Assembly: GCA_030390025.1 (NCBI GenBank) | Contig: CM059431.1 | Span: forward strand, 118,174,001 to 118,238,000 | Reading direction: 5' to 3' | Length of the DNA stretch: 64,000 nt | From: Squalus acanthias | Taxonomy: Eukaryota | Shown: in pieces, positions 51,809 to 64,000 of the stretch | How the letters are laid out: every line of letters begins with the position of its first letter | Numbering within the stretch: the first letter of the stretch is position 1 | Made by a program: the position numbers and the translations under genes | Notes under the pieces: generated by a model | Told to the model about the DNA's origin: nothing | Databases searched by the model: none | Seen by the model: the letters and a program-made list of their open reading frames with translations, nothing else

Positions 51809-52573
51809 GGCCCAAAAATTCGGCCTAATACGGGAGAGTACGCACTGTGTACTCACCTGTATTAGATCCCGAAGTGCCGGTTTCCTGCATGCACTGCGCA
51901 TGCGCGGGAAACCGGCACTTCCGGTATGGCGAAGGGGGCGGTTCCTAGGTGAACCGCGTGCGCACTACAGGCTGTGCGCACGCAGCACACTTAGGTTTTT
52001 TTTCAGGTTTCAACGCGAGGGTAAGTATGGAAGAATTTACACATGAAAAAAGGAGGCGTAAGACCCCCTTTTAACAAGGTAAGTAGTTAATTAAGTATAA
52101 TTTTAAATTTTTTTCAACAGGTTTATCTTTTTTAGAGACATTAAAGAAAGGTAAGTTTATTTTTATAACTTTTAAAAAGAATTTAAATTTTTTTCAAAAA
52201 TTTAAATTTTTGTTTAAAGTGGTTAATTTATTTAACTATAGTTATTTTATTAATGTGATGGTTTTTTAAAACATTTATTTGAGGTTTAGCTGTTCTTTTG
52301 GGGGCTTGTTGTATTCATAGATTTGACAGTTCTCGTGTCAAATCTATGAATGAAAGATAGTCTGCTGCCATTGGCTCTCCATGGCCCACGTGATCCCAGA
52401 GGTCGCATCGCACTAACTGCGCCTCTGGGACACGCACACACTGCGCGCCGGCACCAGGGAGAGGCCCAGGACCCGAAGTTCCTGTGGGCCCGAAACACAA
52501 CGGCCGGCGCGGAGTGTGATATCGCGCAAGATCCTTACCCCCGCGGCAAGCCTCCGAGTCAAATTTCTGGGCC
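51809..52573. mobile_element. MITE, inverted homologue of 8964-9730
   Basis: TIR GGCCCAAAAATT / AATTTCTGGGCC; ATT TSD. Confidence 0.92.
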
Positions 52574-52643
52574 ATTAGTTTCAGTTTGCCCCAAAGATTG
52601 TTGCTTTAATGTTAGAACTGAAAACCAGCAACAAGAGTTTGAT

Positions 52644-52760
52644 ATTTCCTGCTTATTTCCAGTTCTGACGAAAGGTCTTCGACCTGAAACGTTAACTCTG
52701 TTTCTCTCTCCACGGATGCTGCCTGGCCTGCTGAGTTTTTCCAGCGTTTTCTGTTGTTAT
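52644..52760 (+). mobile_element. 117-bp Penelope-derived insert with a hammerhead motif (52661-52697)
   Basis: 14-bp TSD AACAAGAGTTTGAT at 52630-52643 and 52761-52774. Confidence 0.88.
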
Positions 52761-53892
52761 AACAAGAGTTTGATGTTAGGCCATGGGGCTTCTTTCATGT
52801 GTAAGACATTTCTTTTGAAGCAAACAAGCAAACAGGACGTTAGCGATCATTACATCTTGGGTACAGGACGTGGTAGTGGCTTGAAATATTCGTCCCATAT
52901 TTCTCTCCTAAACTGGACCTCACACCTTCTCATGAATGGCTTGGTAATCAGATAAGTATTCTGCATTCCAGAGCAAATTGCCTCCAAGCTCCTATCAAAG
53001 AGATCAATGGGAAATCTACTATCAGTTATTTTTCTTCAAAACAATCTGTGTGACAGCCAAGTATAGCAGGGGCTACACAAATTGGAAAATGGCAAGATCA
53101 GCTAGTCCCAACTTGCCCATTTACTGTCAATGGGATCGATCCTGGCAATCGTATAACAGCATAAGTACATGCAAGTTATTATTTTGAAGTTAGGAAGATT
53201 GCAATGGAATCAGGAAAGAAGATTTGACTATTCACCAAATGCAACCCAGAAGTGGAACCAGCTCCTTGTAGAGAAAAAAAGTACTTTCATCAGATAGCAG
53301 TTAAGCTGCTATCTGATCAAAGAAGTCATGAGAGTATTTTTTGACTTTATGCTCCTGGTTTTGCTGGTTTTCAATAGCTCTCAAGTGAGCTTTTGGGCTG
53401 CAGAAAAAGGAAGCCTTAGGACTCCCTTGATCCGGGCTACCCCCGTCCCCCCGATCGCGGCCATAAATCCTCCCCCACCCGCAATTGCATGCCAGAACCC
53501 CGCCTCACCCCAATCGCGGCCCAGACCTCTCAGCCTCCCCACCCCTCCCCCCAATCCCGGCCGGAGTTTCCCCCCTCCCACTAACTGCCAGGGACAATCC
53601 CCACAACCTCCTGCTGCTTGTTTGTGCTCCCACCGGCCAGCCAGGCTGTCAATCTGTCTGGCTGTTGGGCGGGAGACTACAGTATGTTATTTGAATGAGG
53701 CACTACTGTTAAGATCGGCAGGGCACCCACGTCTCTGGTCTTGCCTGGTTTTCCACCTCCCCGTTAATATTGGGACCTATAACATCAAATGACGCCTAGA
53801 TCACTTTTTTCCGAGTTGGTACATAAGAACATCAGAATTAGGAACAGGAGTAGGCCTTACGGCCCCTTGAGCCTCCTCTGCCATTCAATAAG

Positions 53893-56800
53893 TCCCACTC
53901 CAGGGACTTGAGCACAAAAGTCTAGGCTGACACTCCAGTGCAGTGCTGAGGGAGCGCTGCACTGTTGGAGGTGCCGTCTTTCGGATGAGACGTTAAACCG
54001 AGGTCCTGTTAGCTCTCTCAAGTGGATGTAAAAGATCCCATGGCACTAGTTCGAAGAAGAGCAGGGGAGTTATCCCTGGTGTCCTGGCCAATATTTATCC
54101 CTCAATCAACATCTCTAAAAAACTGATTATCTGATCAATATGGGTTGAGCTGCAGAACACCAAAGGGCAGAAAACGTTAGTGGGGGTTGTTTACAGACCT
54201 CCAAACAGTAGTAGTGAGGTGGGGGAGGGTATGAAACAGGAAATCAGTGGTGCATGCAAAAAAGGCGCAGCAGTTATCATGGGTGACTTTAATATGCATA
54301 TAGATTGGGCTACTCAAACTGGAAGCAATACGGTGGAGGAGGATTTCCTGGAGTGTTTAAGGGATGGTTTCCTAAACCAATATGTTGAGGAACCAACTAG
54401 AGGGGAGGCCATCCTGGACTGGGTGTTGTGTAATGAGGAAGGACTAATCTGCAATCTTGTGGTGCGAGGCCCCTTGGGGAAGAGTGACCATAGTATGGTG
54501 GAGTTCTACATTAGGATGGAGAAGGAAACAGTTAATTCAGAGACCATGGTCCAGAACTTAAATAAGGGCAACTTTGAGGGTATGAGGTGTGAATTGGCGA
54601 GGTTAGATTGGCAAGCGATATTTAAGGGGTTATCAGTGGAAGGGCAATGGCAGACATTTAGAGATCGCATGGATGAACTACAGCAATTGTACATCCCTGT
54701 CTGGCGTAAAAATAAAAAAGGGAAGGTGGCTCAACCATGGCTAACAAGGGAAATCAGGGATAGTATTAAAAGCAAGGAAGTGGCATACAAATTGGCCAGA
54801 AGTAGCAGCAAACCCGGGGACTGGGAGAACTTTAAAACTCAGCAGAGGAGGACGAAGGGTTTGATTAGGGCAGGGAAAATAAAATATGAAAGGAAGCTTG
54901 CGGAGAACATTAAAACGGACTGCAAAAGCTTCTATAAATATGTAAAAAGAAAGAGGTAAGTAAAAACAAACGTAGGTCCCCTGCAGTCAGAAACAGGGGA
55001 AGTCATAATGGGGAACAAAGAAATGGCAGATCAATTGAACAAGTACTTTGGTTCGGTGTTTACTGTGGAGGACACAAACAACCTTCCGGAAATAAAAGAG
55101 ATCAAAGGATCTGGTAAGAGGGAGGAGCTGAGGGAAATCCTTATCAGTCGGGAAAAGGTGTTGGGGAAATTGATGGGACTGAAGGCTGATAAATCCCCAG
55201 GGCCTGATGGTCTGCATCCCAGAGTACTTAAGGAGGTGGCCTTGGAAATAGTGGATGCATTGACGATCATTTTCCAACATTCCTTAGACTCTGGATCAGT
55301 TCCGAAGGAGTGGAGGGTGGCTAATGTAACCCCTCTTTTTAAAAAAGGAGGGAGGGAGAAAGCAGGGAATTATAGACCGGTCAGCCTGACATCGGTGGTG
55401 GGTAAAATGATGGAATCAATTATTAAAGATGTCATAACAGACCATTTGGAAAGTGGCGACATGATAGGTCCAAGTCAGCATGGATTTGTGAAAGGGAAAT
55501 CATGCTTGACAAATCTTCTGGAATTTTTTGAGGATGTTTCCAATAGGGTGGACGAGGGGGAACCAGTAGATGTGGTGTATTTGGACTTTCAGAAGGCCTT
55601 CGACAAGGTCCCACACAAGAGATTGGTGTGCAAAGTTAAAGCACATGGGATTGGGGGTAATGTGTTGACGTGGATTGAGAACTGGTTGGCACACAGGAAA
55701 CAAAGAGTAGGAGTAAATGGGTACTTTTCAGAATGGCAGGCAGTGACCAGCGGGGTACCGCAGGGTTCGGTGCTGGGGCCCCAGCTGTTTACATTATATA
55801 TTAATGATTTGGACGAAGGGATTAATTGTAATATCTCCAAATTTGCGGATGACACTAAATTGGGAGGCAGTGTGAACAATGAGGAGGATGCTAGGAGGCT
55901 ACAGAGTGACTTGGACAGGTTGGGTGAATGGGCAAATGTATGGCAGATGAAGTACAATGTGGATAAATGTGAGGTTATCCACTTTGGTGGTAAAAATAGG
56001 GAGGCAGACTATTACCTGAATGGTGGCAGATTAGGGAAAGGGGAGGTGCAACGAGACCTGGGCGTCATGGTACATCAGTCACTGAAGGTGGGAAGGCAAG
56101 TGCAGCAGGCAGTCAAGAAAGCAAATGGCATGATGGCCTTCATAGCAAGGGGTTTTGAGTACAGGAGTAGGGAGGTGATGCTACAGTTGTACAGGGCCTT
56201 GGTGAGGCCACACCTGGAGTATTGTGTGCAGTTTTGGTCTCCTAACTTGAGGAAGGACATTCTTGCTATTGAGGGAGTGCAACGAAGGTTCACTAGATTG
56301 ATTCCTGGGATGGCCAGACTGACGTATCAAGAAAGACTGGATCAACTGAACTTGTATCCTCTGGAGTTCAGAAGAATGAGGGGGGATCTTATAGAGATGT
56401 TTAAAATCCTGACTGGTTTAGACAAATTAGATGCGGGCAGAATGTTTCCAATGTTAGGGAAAACTAAAACCAGGGGTCACAGTCTAAGGATAAAGGGGAA
56501 GCCATTTAAGACTGAGATGAGGAGGAACTTCTTCACCCAGAGAGTGGTGAATCTGTGGAATTCTCTACCACAGAAGGTTGTTGAGGCCAGTTCGCTAAAT
56601 ATATTCAAAAGGGAGTTAGATATAATACTCACAACTAGGGGGATCAAGGGGTATGGCGAGAAAGCAGGAATGGGGTACTGAGGTAGCATGTTCAGCCATG
56701 AACGCATTAAATGGCGGTGCAGGCTCGAAGGACCGAATGGTCTACTCCTGCACCTATTTTCTATGTTTCTATGTTTCTATTATCACATTGCTGTTTGTGG

Positions 56801-56934
56801 GAGCTTGCTGTGTGCAAATTGGCTGCTGCGTTTCCTGCATTACAACAGTGACTACACTCCAAAAGTACTTCATTGGCTGTAAAGCACTTTGAGACATCCA
56901 GTGGTCGTGAAAGGTGCTATATAAATCCAAGTCT
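53893..56934 (+). mobile_element. Deu-domain SINE (53893-54136 and 56780-56934) split by a CR1
   Basis: GGTGCCGTCTTTCGGATGAGACGTTAAACCGAGG core. GATTATCTGATCA resumes as TTATCACATTGCTG. L2-like tail. Confidence 0.85.
54137..56779 (+). mobile_element. Young CR1 LINE, 5'-truncated within the endonuclease
   Basis: ORFs 54180-54959 (YRPP, GDFN, SDH) and 55008-56681 (RT) share one frame, separated by a single TAA; (TTCTATGT)n tail. Confidence 0.96.
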
Positions 56935-58029
56935 AACAACAAAAAGATCATGGCTGATCTTCAACCTCAACTCCACTTTCCTGCCCAATCCCCATATCCC
57001 TTGATTCCCCTCGAGTCCAAAAATCTATCGATCTCAGCCTTGAATATACTCAAAGACTCAGCATCCACAGCCCTCTGGGGCAGAGAATTCCAAAGATTCA
57101 CAACCCTCTGAGTGAAGAAATTCCTCCTCAGCTCAGTCTTAAATGGCCAACCCCTTATCCTGAGACTATGCCCCCTAGTTCTAGATTCTCCAGCCAGGGG
57201 TAACATCCTTTCAGAATCAACCATGTCAATCTCCCTCAGAATCTTATATGTTTCAATTGTTTCAGTGAGATCACCTCTCATTCTTCCAAGCTCCAGTGAG
57301 TATATCTACTCAATCTCTCCTCATAGGACAACCCTCTCATCCCAGGGATCAATTTAGTGAACCTTCGTTGCACCGCCTCTAAGGCAAGTATATCTTTCCT
57401 CAGATAAGGAGACTAAATCAGTGCGCAGTACTTCAGGTGTGGTCTCACCAAAGCCCTGTATAATTGAAGCAAGACTTCCTGAATCTTGTACTCCAACCCC
57501 CTTGCAACAAAGGCCAATATGTCATTTGCCTTCCGAATTGCTTGCTGTACCTACATCCTAACTCTCTGTGTTTCCTGTACGCGGGCACCTAAATCTCTTT
57601 GAACACCAACATTTAATAGTTTCTCACCATTTAAAAAATATTTTGTTTTTCTATTCTTCCTATCAAAGTGAATAACCTCACATTTCCCCACATTATACTC
57701 CATCTGCCACCTTATTGCCCACTCACTTAACCTGTCTATATTCCTTTGCAGGCTCTTTGTGTCCTCCTCACAGCTTACTTTCCCACCTAGCTTTGTATTG
57801 TCAGCAAGCTTGGATACATTACACTTGATAACAATTGGTAACATAGTAGAATGCTGTGTAGGCCCCATCTCCTTTCCTAATAATAGTCAACTCCTTCTTA
57901 ATCTTTTGCCATCCTCCACAAGAACAAAAAGTGCTGACTTAACACTCCTCCAAGCTCGGATTCACAATTTACTGCTTATATTAAGAAATAAACCAAGGTA
58001 TACGGAGACATGAAAGGGAGATCTGCTGT

Positions 58030-58980
58030 TTTATCATTGATCTGGTGGGAAGCTGCCCAGGCCTCCCTCAACAGTAGATAATTTACTATGGCTTAAATAA
58101 AAAATGAGCATGCTAAAAATGAAAAAAAAAAGGCCTGGAGGACAAGCTAACAGAAGTTGAACAGGGTCTTAAGAATAACCCTTCTAAGGAGTTCTGACAG
58201 ATACTTTCACTAGCCAGACTTCAATTGAATGTCCTACTGATCAGCAAGGCAGAGAAATTGTTAACTCTGTATAAAACAATACTGTTATGAAGCCGGTGAT
58301 AAATCAGTCAGGTTTCTGGCTAAACAGTCTAGGTGGCAACAATATAAGAACTCCATTCCTTCCACAGAAACACCCTAAGGCAAGATTATCTATCGTCCAC
58401 TCAATGTTAATGACATCTTCCTTTATTTTTATCAGTGGGCCCATTGTTTCAGCTTCCATTACTTCACAGGAGACCTCTAATTTTTCTTCCTAGCTGAGCA
58501 ATTGAGGATGACAGAAAGTTCTGAATGCAGCAGTTAAATCCTTTTGCTCTCGGAACATACAAGTAGGAAAAAACACCAAAAACACATTCTATAAAATATC
58601 CTGGCAGCCGCTCTTGAAACTTTTAACAAAGATGTTTAGCGTATTCCTTCAATTTGCCACTCAACCCTCTTAACTGGGATCATCAGTGATCTTCTTAATC
58701 CATACAAATGGCAAACATCTTGACAATCCAGCTTACTTTCATGGCCAGTACTAAATATAGACTTCAACTTTTGTGTGCTGGAATATTAGGCTCACATTCA
58801 GATGGCATTTCCCCAAGTTAATCTAAGTGACAAAGAATAGAATTGGCACTGTGAGGGCATCTTACATTAACTCTTTAACATGATTCGTCATGCTTTCAAT
58901 AAATCAATAGAGGCCACATTGGTCTCCATTGATCTTGAAAAGGCATTTGATTGGATGATGTGCAATTACCTATTTGTCTT
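58030..58980 (+). pseudogene. Highly decayed L1/Tx1-clade ORF2 fossil
   Basis: WWEAAQASL (~58045), KQYCYEAGDKSVRFLAKQ (~58275) and LVSIDLEKAFDW..NYL (~58920) occur in L1 ORF2 order. Confidence 0.6.
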
Positions 58981-60359
58981 AGCCAAGGGGATGGTGGTGA
59001 TGCTGCAATTGTCCTCAGTTTCACTGGGTTTGGGAGAGGAAAATCATTCAGGCTCCTAAATGCTATCTAGTGCCGCTTGCTGGTAGTGCACATGTATGGA
59101 GGTTGGGTCAGGACCTGAAAGTGTTCTATTGCAATGGCTCCAGCAGTACAATAGCCTACGGATGCTCACTGCCACAGCGCATACGTGAATAATGGCTACC
59201 TAGGCAAGGTATCAAGAGTGACCAGTGCCTATGGAGCCATACTCCAGGAATCAAGCACCGTCTGGAAGAGAAAAGGGAAGATGAGAAAATTGGTGGAAGT
59301 ATTCGGCGAGAAAAAAAAACTTCTTTGCAACCAATCATTGTCCTTAGTTAGTAGAACAGTAATAAATTATAAAAATTGTGGGGTGAAATTGGTTTATGCG
59401 AGTAGAAATGAAAAAGAAAATTGGGCGCTGTGTATAAACCGGCTGCTGATTTTCTATGAGCCCTTTTCACACCACTGGCGTAGTTTAGTTTCACTCCCTG
59501 TGTCTTGTAGACTGGCACTAAACAAGACTGACTGTTGTCAACTGCTACTTTTTGTCTTGTTAATGGAATCTTTTTATTTGAATTCATTGTTGAATATGGT
59601 TCCCTTTTGGTCCCCCCAGAAACGATTTTTGCAGAATGAGAGCCCCTGCCCATTCCTTCTCTGCTGTCCTCAAAACAAATATTTTATAGTCTCATTTACC
59701 TCTTCCAGACGTTCTCTTTCTATTCCATTTCAAAATGTTGTGATACGTTAAAATATGTCACAGACACAGGTTTGTATTGGACTAGTCAAGTCGAGTATGT
59801 GGTACTTCTGTGCCTTTAGTCTAGCTCCCTGATTTGAAACTAATGTTTTTTCAAAGAGCAAACTTGTAAATTACATAATTTACAAAACCATGTCCCTACT
59901 GCCTGTAATGTCCAATAAGGTTCCATGAACACGTCTTTGGACAGCTCAATCTGAATCCTTCCCCAAGCTCATGCAGTGTGCTGCAGCACCATTTTACCAC
60001 CTCTAGAGCTTATAGCTAAATCCGTCAGACAGCTGGGATGGAAGCGTTTTTATTTTATTACTGATGTCGATGGGAATCCTACGTAAATTAAATACAACCC
60101 CTTTCCAGTTCTTTGCATGTTAAAGTTTCAGCAAAAATCTCAAAATAAACTTGTAAGCTGCATAAGTGAGCTATATCTTCCAGATAAACAATGACTGCTT
60201 CCTTTAAAAATAATATGCTGATTGTGTATGACACATTGACCATTATTACCATTAACAATGCACTTGTACACAGTCACAATCTGAAGAGATGGTTTGGGCT
60301 ATCTAATGCTCTTATTTTTGCAACAGTTTTCTTGTTGAATTCATACTTCAAGGGATATA

Positions 60360-62044
60360 GCCCGGAATTTTCCGGGGAGGTAGCAGGCGCGAACGGTGGC
60401 GGGTCGGTTGGGAAAGTTGTTATTTTTGACAGCGGGTCGTCACGGAGCCGACCCGACCGGCAACGGGTGACGACCCAATTGAGATGATTAACAGCTAGTT
60501 GTCAGACCCTTAACTTTTTTAACTTACTTTTTAAAATTTAACAGCATGGCCACGACAACCACACTGCTCAGGAAGCACGTCTGTCAACCTGAGGCGGGAG
60601 TTCCGTGGCCATTGCTCCAGCTGATTACTTGACAGCATCAAATGTACAGTAAAAGCTTCCACTTGACAGATGATCACTTTCCTCAGGCAGAAGCTGTTGC
60701 TCAGTCCATTTCCAGCACAGATTCTGCAGGCTGCAAGTCTTTCCAGCAAAGTCTCCGTCCAGTCTCACCTCATTGGAAGAACTCTCTCACCATTGACAGA
60801 ATGCTTCTGTCATCTGTACTTCACCTGCCATCTATTCCATCAACATGGGTGCCATTTATACTGTCTCACCTTGGTCCTTAGAATTGGACCACAATGAGCC
60901 CCCACACTGGCAGCACCAGACACACCAGCAACACCAACAACAACAACAACCTTCTCCACAATCACCTGATGCTGCAGAGGACACAGGGCATCAGCAGCCG
61001 ACCACATTGCTGTCCAGGAGGCCAGGGATGGCCGATCCATGGCCAGATCTAGTTTACGCCATAAAGCATCCCTACAATGACCAAGCCATTCCTTTCACAC
61101 TCATCACCATTGCGGAGGGGTACCGTTATGTCTCACCATTCACTGCAACTCACTAAGCCACTTCCAAAGGTGCACACAAATCAGTTCAAGAAGTGTTGAA
61201 AATAAAGATTTGAATGATTGACAAACGCAAATTGTTGAAAAAAACAGTTTCACTGTTTGACAGCACATTAACAAATACTTTAGATGAATATTGGATAAAA
61301 CACCCAAGTGGCTATCCTTGTGTGTTGTTGGCTGGCATGATTGCACTAGGATGAGGGTGAGTGAGAGGGGTGGCTAGTGAGATGGGGATGTGATAATGTA
61401 GATAGAGAGAGAGGGATGGGTGAAGGTGCAAGGTATGTTGGTGTGAGTAAGGATGTGCAGGAGTAGGGTTGGGAAGGCAGAGTGATGGGGATGTGATGAG
61501 AGGCACAGCAGGATATAGTTGAGCGTGGCTTTGTACTAACGTTTCCTGATTTAAGGAGCTAATTTAAATGGCACTGCTCCCAGGTCCTCCTGGACACATT
61601 CCTGCTTGTGACCACCTCTGCAATCTGCAACCAGGCTGTATTGGTCCCCTGGGGAGATCTTTTCTGCCCATCTGAGGGGAAGAAGACCTTCCTGCGTGCT
61701 CTGACTCTCTCCATAACCATATGGAGGGAGTCAACGGAGAACCTGGGTGCAGCCCTCTGCCTCTGTGCAGTCATTGTCAGTGTTTGCAGCACTCCAATGC
61801 TGTAGTGCACTGACAGCATTATGTTAGATAAAAGTTCAAATCTAATGTGGCCATGGTCCCTTTAAAGATCCCGGCTGAAAACGCGTCATGAATGACGTCA
61901 CCGGACCCGTTCCATTTAATTGGGCCAGATAATGCGCTGGGCAGGCCCTATTAAAGTAAGTTCATTTTCAGCAGCGGGCTGGAGTCACAACCTGCCATGG
62001 ACACCGCCCACACCATCCCTGCCCAGGTAGACAAAATTCCAGTC
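60360..62044 (-). mobile_element. Internally deleted PIF/Harbinger element with a Myb/SANT-like exon
   Basis: ATA TSD; ends GCCCGGAATTTT and AAAATTCCAGTC. Minus ORF 61559-61819 gives RAAPRFSVDSL...AWLQIAEVVTSRNVSRRTWEQC. Confidence 0.88.
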
Positions 62045-63736
62045 ATAAATTCAGCACAAGATTATTGTAATATTCAGTGCTGCATTCTATTCTTATTCAC
62101 TGCATCATTTCCACCATGACCTATTAAATATGAAGCTTTGCTATAGGAGAGTGCTGTGTCAATTGCACTATAAGACCAAAATAAAAAGTTCCCCTTAATG
62201 CAATATGCATATTGACATCATAGTATCACTCATATGAAGCCACCCTTTGACTTACACCACAAGTCAACTATCTCCTGTCCCACTAGGCATATTCATGCAG
62301 GTAAATTGGTTTTAAGACGATATATCTACTGAGCCCTTGCCCATGGCAAGGTACCTGGACCATGTGAGTCTTCAATTGAAACACTGCCAGTAATTTCACT
62401 TCTGCTAAAATCAATGGATAGAATTTTACATTCCATGCTTGCAGCAGGCCAGGTTTCCCACTATGAGTAAAGATTCAGAGATTCTACCCTAATATGTATA
62501 CAGCTGGGTGAAAAACATGACAGACACTAGATATTCTCATTACTTCAAAACGCAATATGGCGCTGCGCATGCATAGACTTGTACGTGCCTCAGATGCTGC
62601 AGTGTGTTTGCGCAGTGCCATACAATGGAGGATCAATGTGTAGAATGGCATTCCATTCCTTCTGCCTGCCTTCAAAGCAAAAAAAATTAACTGGCCAACT
62701 AGAGTGAGGCAGCTTTGTTCAGTGCACATTACAAATACCAGTGAGCAAGCTGAAAATAATCTATGAATAAGTCTAGGAGCAATGCTGGATATTGAACAGA
62801 CTAGTTTGAGTAAACATCTGTGTTTTTCTGCTGTTTGCTATGTTTTGATGTGCTTATGTTTCACAGCAACAACAGAAAAAAAATACTAAATTGTATTGTT
62901 TAAAGAGAACTTTCAAAAGAAAAAAAGCTTATTTTTTTCTCCCCAGTTTTCACCCATCATCTCCTGAAGATGGTAAGCCATCATGGAGTATATTGTGTGG
63001 GTGCCAGAAACTGAGACAGTGGACACTGAATATTGATAGAGGTACATCCAATTCTGGTGTTGGCACACGTGCAGTTTCCAAATGAGGGTCACTGAACAGT
63101 GATTACGAGCAGCCACTATAGCTGATATTTCCTTTCACTTGGTCGCACAATTCCTTATGAAAGAGATATGGCAACATTAATGTTAATAAACTATTCAAAT
63201 TACCAAAACTCAACACAGTTTTATTACTGGATATAATTGATTATTTAGACTTTTGTTTTACCAGTACCTTAAAACCACCACTTTTAGCATCATTGCAAGC
63301 ATGATTTGTATTGTCAGTCCTATTGATTGGATGGACTTATTGGAAATAAACCATGCTCATCTTTGATATCATTCCTGTTAAGCAAAATCATTCAGTGCTC
63401 ACTGGACATCAACTAATCTTCATATTAACCACATGCAGTATTAACTGCATTTAAAAACAAATGTCAAGAGGTCATTATGGTATTCTAGAACAATTCACTT
63501 GGACATTGGTTACAAATATTTGGAGGCGAGGGTGTGATTTCACCAGTTTCTTGAATTACGTGCAATAAACAATGAAGCTGGAAGGGGTAAGGGTCTGACA
63601 GCCTGATACGCAGTGGTGTATAACATGTAACCTTTTATTAGATCAAAATAAGCATATACAGATATAATTAAACAAGTTTCTAAACCCTCTTGGGTTTTTT
63701 TGGAATCTGAGTTGGTTTTATGTGCGTAAAGAACAA

Positions 63737-64000
63737 GGGGAAAAATTTGGTTGATTTGCGCCTCCCGTTAGTGCCGTGCGCAGCGCCCTACTGCGATCTT
63801 CGGTAGCGCCCCCTGACTTACCGCCGGACGCTATGTCTGACGGGGTCAGGGGGCCTACCTGCGGCCGGGACGGCGTGAATTAAAGGGAAGATGCCGGGCG
63901 GCCATTTTTGTTGCTGGCTGCCTGCCAGCACATGCCCCCGTTGCCGTCCCTGGCCTTCTGAGCAGCACCCCCGCGGAGTGCCGGCTGCGCTCCGTGAGCC
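63737..64000. mobile_element. Start of a CpG-rich MITE related to 21645-22380 (runs off the window)
   Basis: GGGGAAAAATTTGGTTGATTTGCGCCTCCCGTTAG matches the reverse complement of 22345-22380. Confidence 0.65.

Larger units (their letters stand above)
53820..57826 (-). mobile_element. CR1 3' part (53820-53892 and 56944-57826) split by a SINE and a CR1
   Basis: The tail CATAAGAACAT...CCATTCAATAAG resumes at ATCATGGCTGATC; minus ORFs 56967-57281 and 57551-57868. Confidence 0.9.

Noticed and set aside
59185..59751. 188-aa ORF
   Set aside because: GTG start, no recognisable motif, and no clear splice context.
62947..62972. Possible 26-nt microexon (polypyrimidine-CAG ... GTAAGC)
   Set aside because: No partner exons identified; such motifs arise by chance in 64 kb.

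Overview
Repeat-dense vertebrate intergenic or intronic DNA. The repeat content (CR1 LINEs with (TTCTATG)n-type tails, Deu-domain SINEs, Penelope-like elements, Harbinger derivatives) suggests a cartilaginous fish; this is an inference. I could not support any intact host gene. The window holds: many CR1 copies (one broken by a single stop); a second LINE family, one copy of which has a tRNA-like 5' head; Penelope-like GIY-YIG retroelements whose 3' ends carry minimal hammerhead-ribozyme motifs; a PIF/Harbinger set (decayed transposase, Myb/SANT-bearing deletion derivatives, MITEs with 3-bp TSDs); and L2 and L1 fossils, often nested. An 11,062-bp near-identical tandem duplication spans 19914-42040. 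The least-explained signal is an AT-rich decayed reading frame at about 17.5-21.6 kb that rejoins in frame when two Harbinger-type inserts are removed; it has possible viral envelope-like features. Coordinates were read by eye and may be off by a few bases.
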